NCBI GenBank assembly: GCA_021791545.1
Contig: JAJYWL010000016.1
Location: 219,704-283,703, forward strand
Reading direction: 5' to 3'
Length of the DNA: 64,000 nucleotides
Origin: a bacterium
GTDB lineage: Bacteria > Patescibacteriota > Microgenomatia > Levybacterales > UBA12049
The notes below the pieces were generated by a model. It was not told the DNA's origin. It worked only from the letters and a program-made list of their open reading frames with translations, and ran no database searches. This document shows positions 11,195 to 20,503 of this stretch, piece by piece. Position 1 is the stretch's first letter, and every line of letters starts with the position of its first letter. The position numbers and the translations under genes are program-made.

Positions 11195-12229
11195 TTAGCT
11201 TTTTCTTTCGCCGATTATATTTATTAAGGCAGAGAATTTTTCTTTTCCTTCTATTGAAATTTCACCTTCATCAACAATTTTTTGTGCTTTACTCAAGTTT
11301 TCTTCTATCAATTTTTTGCCTTCTTCAAAAGCTCCGGATTGAGTAAAGACATTTCGAAGGGTTTCATAATCATTAGATGAAACTTCCTTTCCGAAATATT
11401 CCCTTAGTTTTTCTTTCTGTTCATCCGTTCCATTATGGAAAACAAAATTTGTGAAGAATGTGGGTTGGTTTGCAGCAATATCTGTAAATACACTTTTATG
11501 TAACACTTTAGGATCTCCCGTTAAATCAAGCATATCGTCCTGCATCTGAAATGCAAAGCCTAATTTTTCCCCCAGGTTTCTGCAGAAATCAAAGAAGTCT
11601 TTATCTGCCAAAGATGCTCCTACTTGTAAAGGTTTAATGAATGAATATCCAGAGGATTTTAGAAGAATCTTTTCATTTATTTCTTCATCATTTACAGACT
11701 CTTTGGTAGTTAAATCAATATCTACCATTTGCCCCATGATTACCTCGTCTGTCATTTGATAGAAAAGTTCTTTTGTCTTAGGATTTGTTTTATCAAATAA
11801 TTGCATTGCCCAAACAACTAGTACGTCTCCTACGAGAACTGCTTGTGAATATGCTACGTGCTTTAAATCTCCTGTTCTTTGTTCTTCTTTTAGTTTTTCT
11901 AAAACAAAAGAATTTATTGTACTTACGTTATGTCTTGTGGAAGCCTTATCCATAAAATCGTCATGAACAAGAAGGGAATTATGTAAGACTTCTAGGGCAA
12001 TAAGGTAATCCCAAATTTCATCTAAATTGTTTCCTTCTAAAGAGGAGTACATAAGGTAGGCAAGATATGGTCTCAATCTTTTTCCTCCAGCAAGTATTTC
12101 TTTTGTGTGGTTTGAGAAATCTGTTATGAAAGGATTTGATGTCTGAGAGGTAAATACTGAGAATTTTTTATTGAGAAACTCCTGTAGTTTTGGATCAAAA
12201 ACCTCTTTAAATTCTTTAAGGGAAAACAT
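11195..12229 (-). CDS. Polyprenyl diphosphate synthase (IspA/GGPPS family)
   Basis: GGKRLRP and two DDxxD motifs (HDDFMD, QDDMLD); start moved to ATG 12229 (MFSLKEF) because the longer track start runs into the element end. Confidence 0.92.
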   Translation of the reverse strand: MFSLKEFKEVFDPKLQEFLNKKFSVFTSQTSNPFITDFSNHTKEILAGGKRLRPYLAYLMYSSLEGNNLDEIWDYLIALEVLHNSLLVHDDFMDKASTRHNVSTINSFVLEKLKEEQRTGDLKHVAYSQAVLVGDVLVVWAMQLFDKTNPKTKELFYQMTDEVIMGQMVDIDLTTKESVNDEEINEKILLKSSGYSFIKPLQVGASLADKDFFDFCRNLGEKLGFAFQMQDDMLDLTGDPKVLHKSVFTDIAANQPTFFTNFVFHNGTDEQKEKLREYFGKEVSSNDYETLRNVFTQSGAFEEGKKLIEENLSKAQKIVDEGEISIEGKEKFSALINIIGERKS

Positions 12230-12241
12230 AATAAAGTGAGT

Positions 12242-12385
12242 CGGCCTGAGGGACTTTCTTTTGAACACTTTCTGCCTTGGATAGATAAGATTATGAATGC
12301 TTATCAAATCAAAGAAGAAAATTCAATAGATTTTATAAATCCAACAGGGCATTCTGACGAATATTATAGGAGAAAAATAAACTAA
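12242..12385 (+). other. Start-less open frame, candidate detached C-terminus of the serine recombinase
   Basis: RPEGLSFEHFLPWIDKIMNAYQIKEENSIDFINPTGHSDEYYRRKIN*, in frame with the recombinase CGG codon at 23532 if joined at GTCGG. Confidence 0.6.
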
Positions 12386-12394
12386 AAGAAAGAG

Positions 12395-12604
12395 TTATAG
12401 AGGAAATGTTAATTTTATTCCTAATGCTTTGGCAATATTATTTATAATGTTCCATCTGGGGGTTGGTTCTCCTCTTTCAATTCTTGCGTAGTAATTAACA
12501 TGTATACCGGCTTTTTTTGCCACCTGTAATTGTGTTAAATTTTGTTCTTCCCGTGCAGATCTAAATTTTTCTCCTAGTTTTTTTATATCTACAGAACTAT
12601 CCAT
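12395..12604 (-). CDS. XRE/Cro-CI family HTH regulator
   Basis: AREEQNLTQLQVAKKAGIHVNYYARIERGEPTP...IAKALG. Confidence 0.92.
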   Translation of the reverse strand: MDSSVDIKKLGEKFRSAREEQNLTQLQVAKKAGIHVNYYARIERGEPTPRWNIINNIAKALGIKLTFPL

Positions 12605-12697
12605 ATCGATTGTATTATATCATGTAATGTAAAAATTTGAGATTTAAGATGATTTCGACTTCAGCTTTTTATATCAAAATATTTTAATAACTTGACT

Positions 12698-12726
12698 TTG
12701 TGTTTTAATATCGGTTAGGATATAAT
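12698..12726 (+). promoter_or_regulatory. Sigma70-like promoter firing antisense toward the DUF3800 3' end
   Basis: TTGTGT-17 nt-TATAAT(12721); alternative TTGACT(12692)-18 nt-TAGGAT. Confidence 0.5.
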
Positions 12727-12731
12727 CATTG

Positions 12732-12772
12732 ATGCGGGTGTGGGTTTCTTGTCCATGACCCGCATTTTATTT
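12732..12772 (+). ncRNA. Putative small hairpin RNA adjacent to DUF3800
   Basis: ATGCGGGT/ACCCGCAT stem plus GTGGG/TCCAT inner stem, followed by a T-rich tract; starts just after TATAAT. Confidence 0.4.
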
Positions 12773-13588
12773 ACTCAGTTCCCACACAGAAAAATAGCTC
12801 GGTTTGTGATAAGTTTTATTTTGAGCTAAGCTACTAGTCTCCAATTTTTGTTTTAAATTATCAACTACTATTTCTTGTTTCTCAGAAAGTTTATCGGATA
12901 TTAATCCTGTTGATTTTTTGAAATCGTACATTACACAACCCAATAAAATATCTACTACCTGTAATAATAAAGACGAATGTGATTCTAGTCTACTTACGCC
13001 AAATACCGAATCAGGCATTTTATTTTTTGTTAATCTGTATTTAATTGCATCTGTCAATGACCGCTCAAATGATTTTTTAATATTTGTTGGCCTGGTTAGG
13101 TCATCAGCAAGTACGCAAATTCCACAAGGAGAAATATTTTTTATGTTATTTGCAATCAACATAGAAGCTTGGAGAATGTATGTTTCCCAAGGATTAATTA
13201 CTGGTTGCCATTTAGATTTATTATCTGCATGTTTTTGTCTATCAATAACAAGCGCACAAAATCTGACATTTGAAAATTTAAAATAATTATCTAATAAAGA
13301 GCTATAAATTGTATTATTAGTTGAATTAATATACTTAAATTTTAATTCGAAATTTCTTGTACTTTTGGCAATTTCAGCAATTTGTTCGTATTCCGCATTT
13401 TTTGTTAAATCCGCAATTCTTGCTGTTTTCTGTGCACGGGCAATATCTTTTGCTTTATCATAAAATGGCTTCATAGAATCATAGAAATCACCAATTTCAT
13501 CATCAACCAAAAGAAGTCCCAATCCAAAATATCTTTCTTGAGAAGAATTTCCACTTTCATCAATAAATGCAAAATAGTTTTTCGACAT
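12767..13588 (-). CDS. DUF3800 family protein (RNase H-like fold)
   Basis: YFAFIDESG N-terminus, ELKF, SLLLQVVDILLG; start at MSKNY. Confidence 0.85.
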   Translation of the reverse strand: MSKNYFAFIDESGNSSQERYFGLGLLLVDDEIGDFYDSMKPFYDKAKDIARAQKTARIADLTKNAEYEQIAEIAKSTRNFELKFKYINSTNNTIYSSLLDNYFKFSNVRFCALVIDRQKHADNKSKWQPVINPWETYILQASMLIANNIKNISPCGICVLADDLTRPTNIKKSFERSLTDAIKYRLTKNKMPDSVFGVSRLESHSSLLLQVVDILLGCVMYDFKKSTGLISDKLSEKQEIVVDNLKQKLETSSLAQNKTYHKPSYFSVWELSK

Positions 13589-13694
13589 AAATTCTAGAAT
13601 AGCCAAATTATACGCTCGGTTAAGCTTTAAGGTCAAGTTAAGCAGAGATTAATTAAGCTTGACAGTATTAAATAAATACTGATAATCTAAATAT

Positions 13695-14498
13695 ATGGAT
13701 CCAAGACCACCATCAGAGCCAGGACAAAGTCCAACGGAGGGGCAAGGCGGAGTACCGCCAGTAGAACAACCAACATCAGAAACCGTAGGAACATTTAAAC
13801 CGGGATTAGTTGAGAGACTAGACTCTGCAAGGAATCAATTAGGTGCGTTAGAGCAAGAGGCTGAACGAAGCATGCAGGAGTTAACGCATGGTCTTCGTAG
13901 TGTTGCTAAGAAGGCAGTTAGCGAATTGCCTGTTACAGCTATCACTATAGCAAGAGAACCTGAAAAGATGCGGGTAGAGGAGGTAAGCGATAAGCCTTCC
14001 GTGATAAGACAAGATCGGGAAGAAGTTCGTGATGGTGTTTTTGTATCAGGTGATGGAAAAAGTGTAAAATTACATGTAAAAAATACAGGCACATTTTATC
14101 AGCCAATTGACGAAACTGATACAAAAAGTGTTGAATTTCTTACTAGTTATTATGGTAAAGACATGGCGAGCATACGTAGACGCTATATGGAGCTTCATGT
14201 TCCAGATGATCCCGAATTAATAGTTTCAATAGATTCTTTATGGAACCCTAACAGTTTTATTATTCGTAGGGGTACATCAAAAGATGAAGACGATCAAATA
14301 AAAGTAGGTAGGCGTAATGATGGTAGGGTGGGTGTAGAGGTTGGTTTGTTTGCCTCCGATATTGGTGATCCATTTGATATAGTAAGAAGAACTTTGGATT
14401 TTACTAAATCCGCAACCCTGAAACCCGTGGAAAATCAAGCGCAAACTCCACCACCTACGCCACCGGCTCAACCAGCAGAAGGTATGCCGCAGAGTTAA
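13695..14498 (+). CDS. Hypothetical protein with Pro/Gln/Glu-rich termini
   Basis: 267-aa ORF preceded by TTGACA-18 nt-TAATCT-6 nt-ATG. Confidence 0.75.
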   Translation: MDPRPPSEPGQSPTEGQGGVPPVEQPTSETVGTFKPGLVERLDSARNQLGALEQEAERSMQELTHGLRSVAKKAVSELPVTAITIAREPEKMRVEEVSDKPSVIRQDREEVRDGVFVSGDGKSVKLHVKNTGTFYQPIDETDTKSVEFLTSYYGKDMASIRRRYMELHVPDDPELIVSIDSLWNPNSFIIRRGTSKDEDDQIKVGRRNDGRVGVEVGLFASDIGDPFDIVRRTLDFTKSATLKPVENQAQTPPPTPPAQPAEGMPQS

Positions 14499-14652
14499 TG
14501 ATTTATCCATTAGCTTGAAAATAGCCACGAACAGGTTTAACTTGATATAAATTACGTTGCAACAATAGGTCTTCTTGATGCTTTTTATATAGTTAGGATT
14601 CTATTATTATAATTATCTTGTAAAAATACGCACATTCTTATAAACTCTACTC

Positions 14653-15567
14653 ATGGATCCGACTAAAGAACATTCTCTGCCTCCTAATCCCATTGAGCAA
14701 AAAGTTAAGGATGCGTTTGCAGATTATCCAAGTACTACACAAAGAGGAATTACTTCGGTATTAGAAATGCAACGAAAGGCGTGGCAAAGACTAAGAAGTA
14801 ATCCAGGAGACATGATAACAGGAGTAGTAGTTTCGGAGGGACTTGCTTATCAAACTTCAATTACCAGTGTAGAGATTCCTAAGCGGGAACTCTCTCCCGA
14901 AGAAAAGCTAGCTTATACAAAGTTTCAAGAATTAATCGAACCTTATAAACGTACTAAAGTTTATGGGTTTCCTTCGGGTGATGAACCAAATACACGTTTT
15001 TATCTATCGCTAAAAGATGGCTTGCAGTCAGTTGGATTAATGACTGATTTAACCACAAAGCTTTTGGATTTACATAAACAAGGAAAGCTACCTTTCTTTA
15101 TGTATAAATTTGATAGCACCGACGAAGAAGGAACAATTAGATTTGATCCTCAATATAGAGATAAGGGAGCTTCGCCAATATTATATGTTCCAAATGCAGA
15201 TGTTGAAATTACGAATCAGATATTAGAAGAATTATCAAATCAATATCCCGAAGCATTTTTGCCGCAAGATGCACCTTTTAAATATCCTTCCCACGGGCAA
15301 ATAAATGAAGGTTGGCACATTTCAATGGAGGCTTCTGATTTAAGTGAACAATTTAAAACGCCCGAACAAGGAATGAGGAAAGCTTCTAGTGATTTTCTTA
15401 TGTCTCTTGGTCTTACAAAAGAGTGGATTCCTGTACAATCTTTAGATGCTATGAATCTCAGAAAATCTTGGGAAAAATCAGTACTTAAAGTTCATAGGCA
15501 ACCTCAAACGCCCTGGATCACATTAAACAGTGGATTAATCCCACCAATCTTGACAAACTCTAGTTAA
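14653..15567 (+). CDS. Hypothetical protein, possible HopA1-like domain
   Basis: RFYLSL..LMTDLT..PFFMYKF..ILYVP..ILEEL..F.P pattern; TTGTAA-17 nt-TAAACT-6 nt-ATG. Confidence 0.55.
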   Translation: MDPTKEHSLPPNPIEQKVKDAFADYPSTTQRGITSVLEMQRKAWQRLRSNPGDMITGVVVSEGLAYQTSITSVEIPKRELSPEEKLAYTKFQELIEPYKRTKVYGFPSGDEPNTRFYLSLKDGLQSVGLMTDLTTKLLDLHKQGKLPFFMYKFDSTDEEGTIRFDPQYRDKGASPILYVPNADVEITNQILEELSNQYPEAFLPQDAPFKYPSHGQINEGWHISMEASDLSEQFKTPEQGMRKASSDFLMSLGLTKEWIPVQSLDAMNLRKSWEKSVLKVHRQPQTPWITLNSGLIPPILTNSS

Positions 15568-15596
15568 ATATATTGTATCAATTGCTTTAAACACAA

Positions 15597-15938
15597 TCAC
15601 TTTGAATACTCTGCAAACAGCTTTTCTTTTTCTTCCAAAATATGGTGCAGTTGTTTTTCCATGTTTCTAATAGCCTCCCATACTTCCGGTTTGTTTCTTA
15701 AATCCAAAACATTGTGAAGTTCTGCATATTGGGCTAATAATTGGTGATGTCTATTTTCTAATGCCTTTTTAATATATTGAAACTGGATGTGTCTACTAAG
15801 TGTATGCCACTCTGGAAAATTTGCCAAAAAATTTGGATCATATTCTCCCATTTCAATTGTCTTTTCCAAGGTCATATTCGGGCTTTGAGATGGTGTCCCT
15901 CCGCCTATGCTCTGTTCGCTTTCTCCTTGTTCTTCCAT
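15597..15938 (-). CDS. Hypothetical helical protein
   Basis: MEEQGES start with TATAAT 6 nt upstream. Confidence 0.75.
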   Translation of the reverse strand: MEEQGESEQSIGGGTPSQSPNMTLEKTIEMGEYDPNFLANFPEWHTLSRHIQFQYIKKALENRHHQLLAQYAELHNVLDLRNKPEVWEAIRNMEKQLHHILEEKEKLFAEYSK

Positions 15939-16091
15939 AATGAAATTATATACTATTTTATAGTATAGGCTTGATATTAAAATTACAATGTAATTACAGA
16001 TTAAAGCCAAATTAAAAACAGATTTAATCTAATTTTGACAAAGAATACGAACAGGAATTAACTAATAATTGTTTTATAATATAATTACTTT

Positions 16092-16478
16092 ATGGACAAA
16101 AGAATCGGAACAGTCTGCTTTATAATTCAGGATAATAATATACTTCTTGCTTTAATTGAGTACGGACCAAACGACAGAAAATGGAATGGAATTGGAGGAC
16201 ATGTTGATTCTAATGAATCCCCTGAAGATGCAGTAGTTAGGGAGTTTTCAGAAGAAACATATATTAAAGTTAATAAAAATGATCTTATTAAGGTATTGGA
16301 AATAAATAGCGATATTAAATTATTGGTATATAAGACAAATCATTGGCAGGGAGAAATAAAAGCAAAAGAAATATCGCTTAAAGAATTTAGGTGGTTTGAT
16401 AAAGACGAAATACCTTTCGATCAAATGTATCCCGACAATAAGGAGTGGTTACCAAAGCTATTTGTAAATGAACCTTAA
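16092..16478 (+). CDS. NUDIX hydrolase (MutT/MTH1-like)
   Basis: WNGIGGHVDSNESPEDAVVREFSEET Nudix box; IPFDQMYPDN. Confidence 0.92.
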   Translation: MDKRIGTVCFIIQDNNILLALIEYGPNDRKWNGIGGHVDSNESPEDAVVREFSEETYIKVNKNDLIKVLEINSDIKLLVYKTNHWQGEIKAKEISLKEFRWFDKDEIPFDQMYPDNKEWLPKLFVNEP

Positions 16479-17511
16479 TGATTTTAAATCATATTTAGAA
16501 GAACAAACTAGGAAGGATTTATTTTCTGGGTCCGTTTTAATTACAAAAGACGATAATACGTTTCTTGAATACGCATCCGGTTTTGCTAATAAAGAAAAGC
16601 AAATTAAAAATAATATAAACACAAAGTTTAATTTAGGTTCTATGAATAAAATGTTCACTGGGGTTGCTATTGTCCAACTAGCACAAGACGGAAAATTATC
16701 TTTTCAAGATATAGTCGGAAAGTTTATTCCCAATTACCCTAATAAAGAGGTTTTAGAAAAAGTTACGATCCATCAATTACTGACACATACTTCGGGGTTG
16801 GGACATTACCTAAATGAAAAGTATATGGAAAAAAGAACCCAACTTAAAACAATAGATGATTTTATTGCTCTTTTTGCTGAAGAACCTCTTTTGTTTGAAC
16901 CCGGAACAAAATGCATTTACAGCGCAAACGGATACACCTTACTTGGAAAAATAATTGAAGTTATTTCTGAAATCAGCTATTACGATTATGTTAAACAAAA
17001 TATTTTTCTTAAAGCGAATATGTTAAATACTGATTCCTACGAAATTGACTCCAATAACATACCTGAAGATATTGCAATCGGATATACACGAAGAATTGAT
17101 ATCCAGGGTAATATGAATGAAGAAGGGGAACGCAAGGATAATCTTTGGATTAACCTTATCAAAGGAGATTCCGGAGGTGGTGGTTATTCTACTTGTCCAG
17201 ATTTACTTAATTTTTCAAACACTTTGTTAAATAATAAATTATTAAATCCGGAAATGACTAAAATAGTTTTAACCCCATATGTAAACGAAGGCACTAAAAA
17301 CGGTCAGACTAAAAATGAAGGTTATGGATTCCAGGTTTGGGATATTAATGGCATTAAAAGAATCGGTCATCCGGGAAGATTTGCCGGAGTTAATACCCGT
17401 TTTGATGTGTATCCTGATTTAGGGATAACAGTTGTAGTTTTGGCAAATTATGATCCACCAGCTGCGTTTGATATTGCAGAGAACGCTACAAAACTAATTA
17501 CAACCAGTTAA
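16468..17511 (+). CDS. Serine hydrolase, beta-lactamase/PBP-like (AmpC-related) family
   Basis: GSMNK (SxxK), LLTHTSG, YSANGY, GHPG. Confidence 0.92.
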   Translation: MNLNDFKSYLEEQTRKDLFSGSVLITKDDNTFLEYASGFANKEKQIKNNINTKFNLGSMNKMFTGVAIVQLAQDGKLSFQDIVGKFIPNYPNKEVLEKVTIHQLLTHTSGLGHYLNEKYMEKRTQLKTIDDFIALFAEEPLLFEPGTKCIYSANGYTLLGKIIEVISEISYYDYVKQNIFLKANMLNTDSYEIDSNNIPEDIAIGYTRRIDIQGNMNEEGERKDNLWINLIKGDSGGGGYSTCPDLLNFSNTLLNNKLLNPEMTKIVLTPYVNEGTKNGQTKNEGYGFQVWDINGIKRIGHPGRFAGVNTRFDVYPDLGITVVVLANYDPPAAFDIAENATKLITTS

Positions 17512-17570
17512 TTTTCTATAATATTTTATCTCCTAATGTTTACTCTCTAACAGATGCATCTAAAAATACA

Positions 17571-18032
17571 TTATTTTGTTAACTCTATTGGGGGTCTTTG
17601 GGGAATTTCCTCATTTGTATTTGGTATTTCAAAAATCACATACAACCCGCTACCAGTCATTTGAGTAGGAATATGTATTGGTATATATTTTTCTTTAGTA
17701 AAATTTTCTCCAAATTTTTTCTTTACTTCTTCGTGTACGCTTGCACCCATTACGCTGCCAACGGATATTGTGCCTTTTGGAATCAGCTGATCCACGCTAT
17801 GAATATTTAATTCTTTCATTTTAGGATAAATTTCCTGAATTTGTTCAAAACACAAAAGGATTATGTTTAAAATTTCATAGCCAGCTCTAATATAGTCATC
17901 TTCCGTTGGTTTTTCTTCCGTTCCCTCGATGCTAAAGTCTTGAATCTTTTTTAATGCGGGTAACGAGCTGATATTCGTATTCGAAAAGTTAAACCCTTGA
18001 GGAAAATAATTTTTAATATAATATTCCGCCAT
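17571..18032 (-). CDS. Hypothetical protein
   Basis: 153-aa ORF from MAEYYIK. Confidence 0.6.
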   Translation of the reverse strand: MAEYYIKNYFPQGFNFSNTNISSLPALKKIQDFSIEGTEEKPTEDDYIRAGYEILNIILLCFEQIQEIYPKMKELNIHSVDQLIPKGTISVGSVMGASVHEEVKKKFGENFTKEKYIPIHIPTQMTGSGLYVIFEIPNTNEEIPQRPPIELTK

Positions 18033-18187
18033 AATTAATACACTATTACAATTTCTAAGAAATAGCAATGTCCGAATAGGATTTAAGCATAGTTCTAACT
18101 AATTAGAATACGTCAGCTGCCTTTGACATTGCAGTAAAAGTATTTAGCTTTCTTTTCTAATAATAATTTAAATAAAATTTTTATGTT

Positions 18188-19579
18188 CTAATATTCAATC
18201 GCCTTGGGAAACTGTCTTATTTGGGGTGTTGGTTGAACAAAGGTACTTCTATAATTTCTGTAATCAAGAGTTGCCAGTTCTGTTGCTCTTTTTCTTCTTA
18301 TATTGGTTTCGCCGTTCTCACCTACCATTCCCGGAAATAGTGCTTTAAAATATCTGTCGGGGAATAATGGATCTTGTGAAACTGCTGTATCCAACTTTCT
18401 TGCAATATCTGGCGGGACTGCGACAGATAGACGAACCTGCACCCCTCCACGAGTATCATAAGGCGTTTCTGTATACATGTAATAATCGTAGGATGACCAG
18501 TCTTTTTCTCCATGTTTTCCTTGAAAAGTTTTCGCTTCCTCTCCGCTTCCCGTATAACTAGTTGCCTGAAAATTACTCGCAACCCACATTTGCCTATTTA
18601 CATGGTCATATGGAGACCAAACATTATGGTTGGGAGAACTATAATCATAATCAAATTGATATCTGGGTAAAAATTTTTGTAATGCCCGATAGTCCGCTTC
18701 ATTACCGACAATATTGCTTCCCATAGAAAAACCTTGTCCTGGATATTGACCTAACCCATTGGTCTTATCTACAGGATATAGAAAGCCCCAAAGCTGACCA
18801 AAACCATTATCATGAGTTGCCTTAGCAAGCTCATTAGCTATTTGTTCCTGTTGTTCTTCGGCAGATTTTGTTTCTGAAGTTCTTGAGCTTACATTTGCAT
18901 CAGACTGTTGCTCTGTTGATCGTGGCACTTCATTCTCTTCACGTATTAGTCTATCTTCTAAATTTCTAGCTGCCGCAATACGGAATTTTAATTCAGCCGC
19001 GTCACCAGGTGACAATTCATCATTATCTAATATTCCATGCCATTCATAAATTAATCCTTGTAAAATATCAGTTGCTTCCGAAGCTTGCATTTTTTTTGCT
19101 TCTGGAAGAAAATCTTCCATCTCAGTACTGAGAATGTCTCCGCCTGAAGCAATTAGCTCCTGAGTTTTTTCATCCATTAAATCAATTGCTTTCATACCAG
19201 CTATCATATCTGCTACTTCAATTTCCTTTTCAGTTAATTGAGCTTGTTTAATCGCATGCATATGTTCAGGACTATTTCTATACCCAGGATTATTTCTTGT
19301 ATTTTTTAATAAACTGGCATTTTGTTTTTTAAGAGTATCCTCAAGACGCAAGGTAACATTAGTCAAAGAGCCTGGTATTGGAGTTGTTTCTGAAGAATCG
19401 CCACCTTCAGCAAGTCTTTTAATAACATCGTCGGGATTTGCTCCTTGGTTAACTTCATTACCAATACTTTCCCCCGTTGCCTTAGCAGTTGCATCTACTC
19501 TTGGAACTTCAGGTCGAATATTCGGCTTTGTAGTTTCTTGTCTGACAATAGGTTGTTCTGGTGTTGGTAAATCAGGCAT
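18188..19579 (-). CDS. Hypothetical protein: disordered N-terminus, helical middle, globular C-terminal domain
   Basis: 463-aa ORF overlapping the upstream gene, with GGAGG SD-like sequence. Confidence 0.8.
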   Translation of the reverse strand: MPDLPTPEQPIVRQETTKPNIRPEVPRVDATAKATGESIGNEVNQGANPDDVIKRLAEGGDSSETTPIPGSLTNVTLRLEDTLKKQNASLLKNTRNNPGYRNSPEHMHAIKQAQLTEKEIEVADMIAGMKAIDLMDEKTQELIASGGDILSTEMEDFLPEAKKMQASEATDILQGLIYEWHGILDNDELSPGDAAELKFRIAAARNLEDRLIREENEVPRSTEQQSDANVSSRTSETKSAEEQQEQIANELAKATHDNGFGQLWGFLYPVDKTNGLGQYPGQGFSMGSNIVGNEADYRALQKFLPRYQFDYDYSSPNHNVWSPYDHVNRQMWVASNFQATSYTGSGEEAKTFQGKHGEKDWSSYDYYMYTETPYDTRGGVQVRLSVAVPPDIARKLDTAVSQDPLFPDRYFKALFPGMVGENGETNIRRKRATELATLDYRNYRSTFVQPTPQIRQFPKAIEY

Positions 19580-19922
19580 TTTTATCCTCCTTTTGCAGGC
19601 TTTGTTTTAAAAGCTTTTCTGCTTCGTCAAATTTTCCCGATTTTATCATCATTTCTGCATGTTTGGCAACCAATTTATCTACTTCTGATTCGTGTTCTGA
19701 TAATAAGGGAAGTATGGCTTGAGAAAGTTCTGTAAAATGGTCATCTAAAGTTGGAGCAATTTCGTATATTTGTTCTAATGTTAACGGTGGATGAAGTTTC
19801 TCCAATAGCAATTTTGCAATTTGTTGTGCCCGGTCTAAATCCATTTGCCCGTTTTGTAATTTCTGGGCAATAATTTCCAGAATATCCTTTTCCAGTTGTT
19901 TTCTTTTTTCTTCAGCATCCAT
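19572..19922 (-). CDS. Hypothetical small helical protein
   Basis: 116-aa ORF tightly coupled to both neighbours. Confidence 0.8.
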   Translation of the reverse strand: MDAEEKRKQLEKDILEIIAQKLQNGQMDLDRAQQIAKLLLEKLHPPLTLEQIYEIAPTLDDHFTELSQAILPLLSEHESEVDKLVAKHAEMMIKSGKFDEAEKLLKQSLQKEDKNA

Positions 19923-19924
19923 AA

Positions 19925-20437
19925 TTATTGTATATTTTTCTTTATTTCATTAATACATTCTTCTAAGGCGTCCTCTTCAGTATTTAGAAAAATTGCATTT
20001 TCTATTGGATTATTAATTACTTTATTTAGTAGACTTTCAATTACATTTCTGTCCATTGGTGGTCTAATACCATTTGTCTGGTCAGATCTTTCTTTATCAC
20101 GCTTGATTAATGTTTCAATTGAACAATCAAGCTGATAAACAAAATATTTAATATTTCTTTTCTTAGCAATTTCAATTGCATTATTTGCATACTCAGATTT
20201 TTTAAATATTCCTTCGTAAACAACTGTATAACCTCTGTCCAACAGGTTTTCTAAAACTGCATAACATGTTTTAAAAACCTCATCTAAAGCCCTATCGTCG
20301 CTTGGGTTATCGAAAAACTCTTTTAAGTTATCTGTTTTAAACCAAACAACTTTGTTGTCAAAATCCCTTAATTGTTTTGCAATGGTTGTTTTGCCACTTG
20401 CAGGAGCACCCCGTAAGACTATTAAAGTTTGCATCAT
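19925..20437 (-). CDS. P-loop kinase (AAA_33-like)
   Basis: LIVLRGAPASGKTTIA, VVYEG, LDCSIETLIKRDKER. Confidence 0.85.
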   Translation of the reverse strand: MMQTLIVLRGAPASGKTTIAKQLRDFDNKVVWFKTDNLKEFFDNPSDDRALDEVFKTCYAVLENLLDRGYTVVYEGIFKKSEYANNAIEIAKKRNIKYFVYQLDCSIETLIKRDKERSDQTNGIRPPMDRNVIESLLNKVINNPIENAIFLNTEEDALEECINEIKKNIQ

Positions 20438-20503
20438 CAAAATTATATCATTTTTAGGAGTATTTGCTTTCTTTTATTAAAGGGCAGTTTAATTAGAAAT
20501 ATC

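Noticed and set aside
12732-12758. Tiny ORF MRVWVSCP* inside the DUF3800-adjacent hairpin
   Set aside because: Only 8 codons, with its start buried in a stable stem; an RNA-structure explanation is more parsimonious.
16468-17511. Bona fide beta-lactam resistance gene
   Set aside because: No signal peptide, and the motifs fit the broad serine hydrolase family; resistance cannot be inferred.
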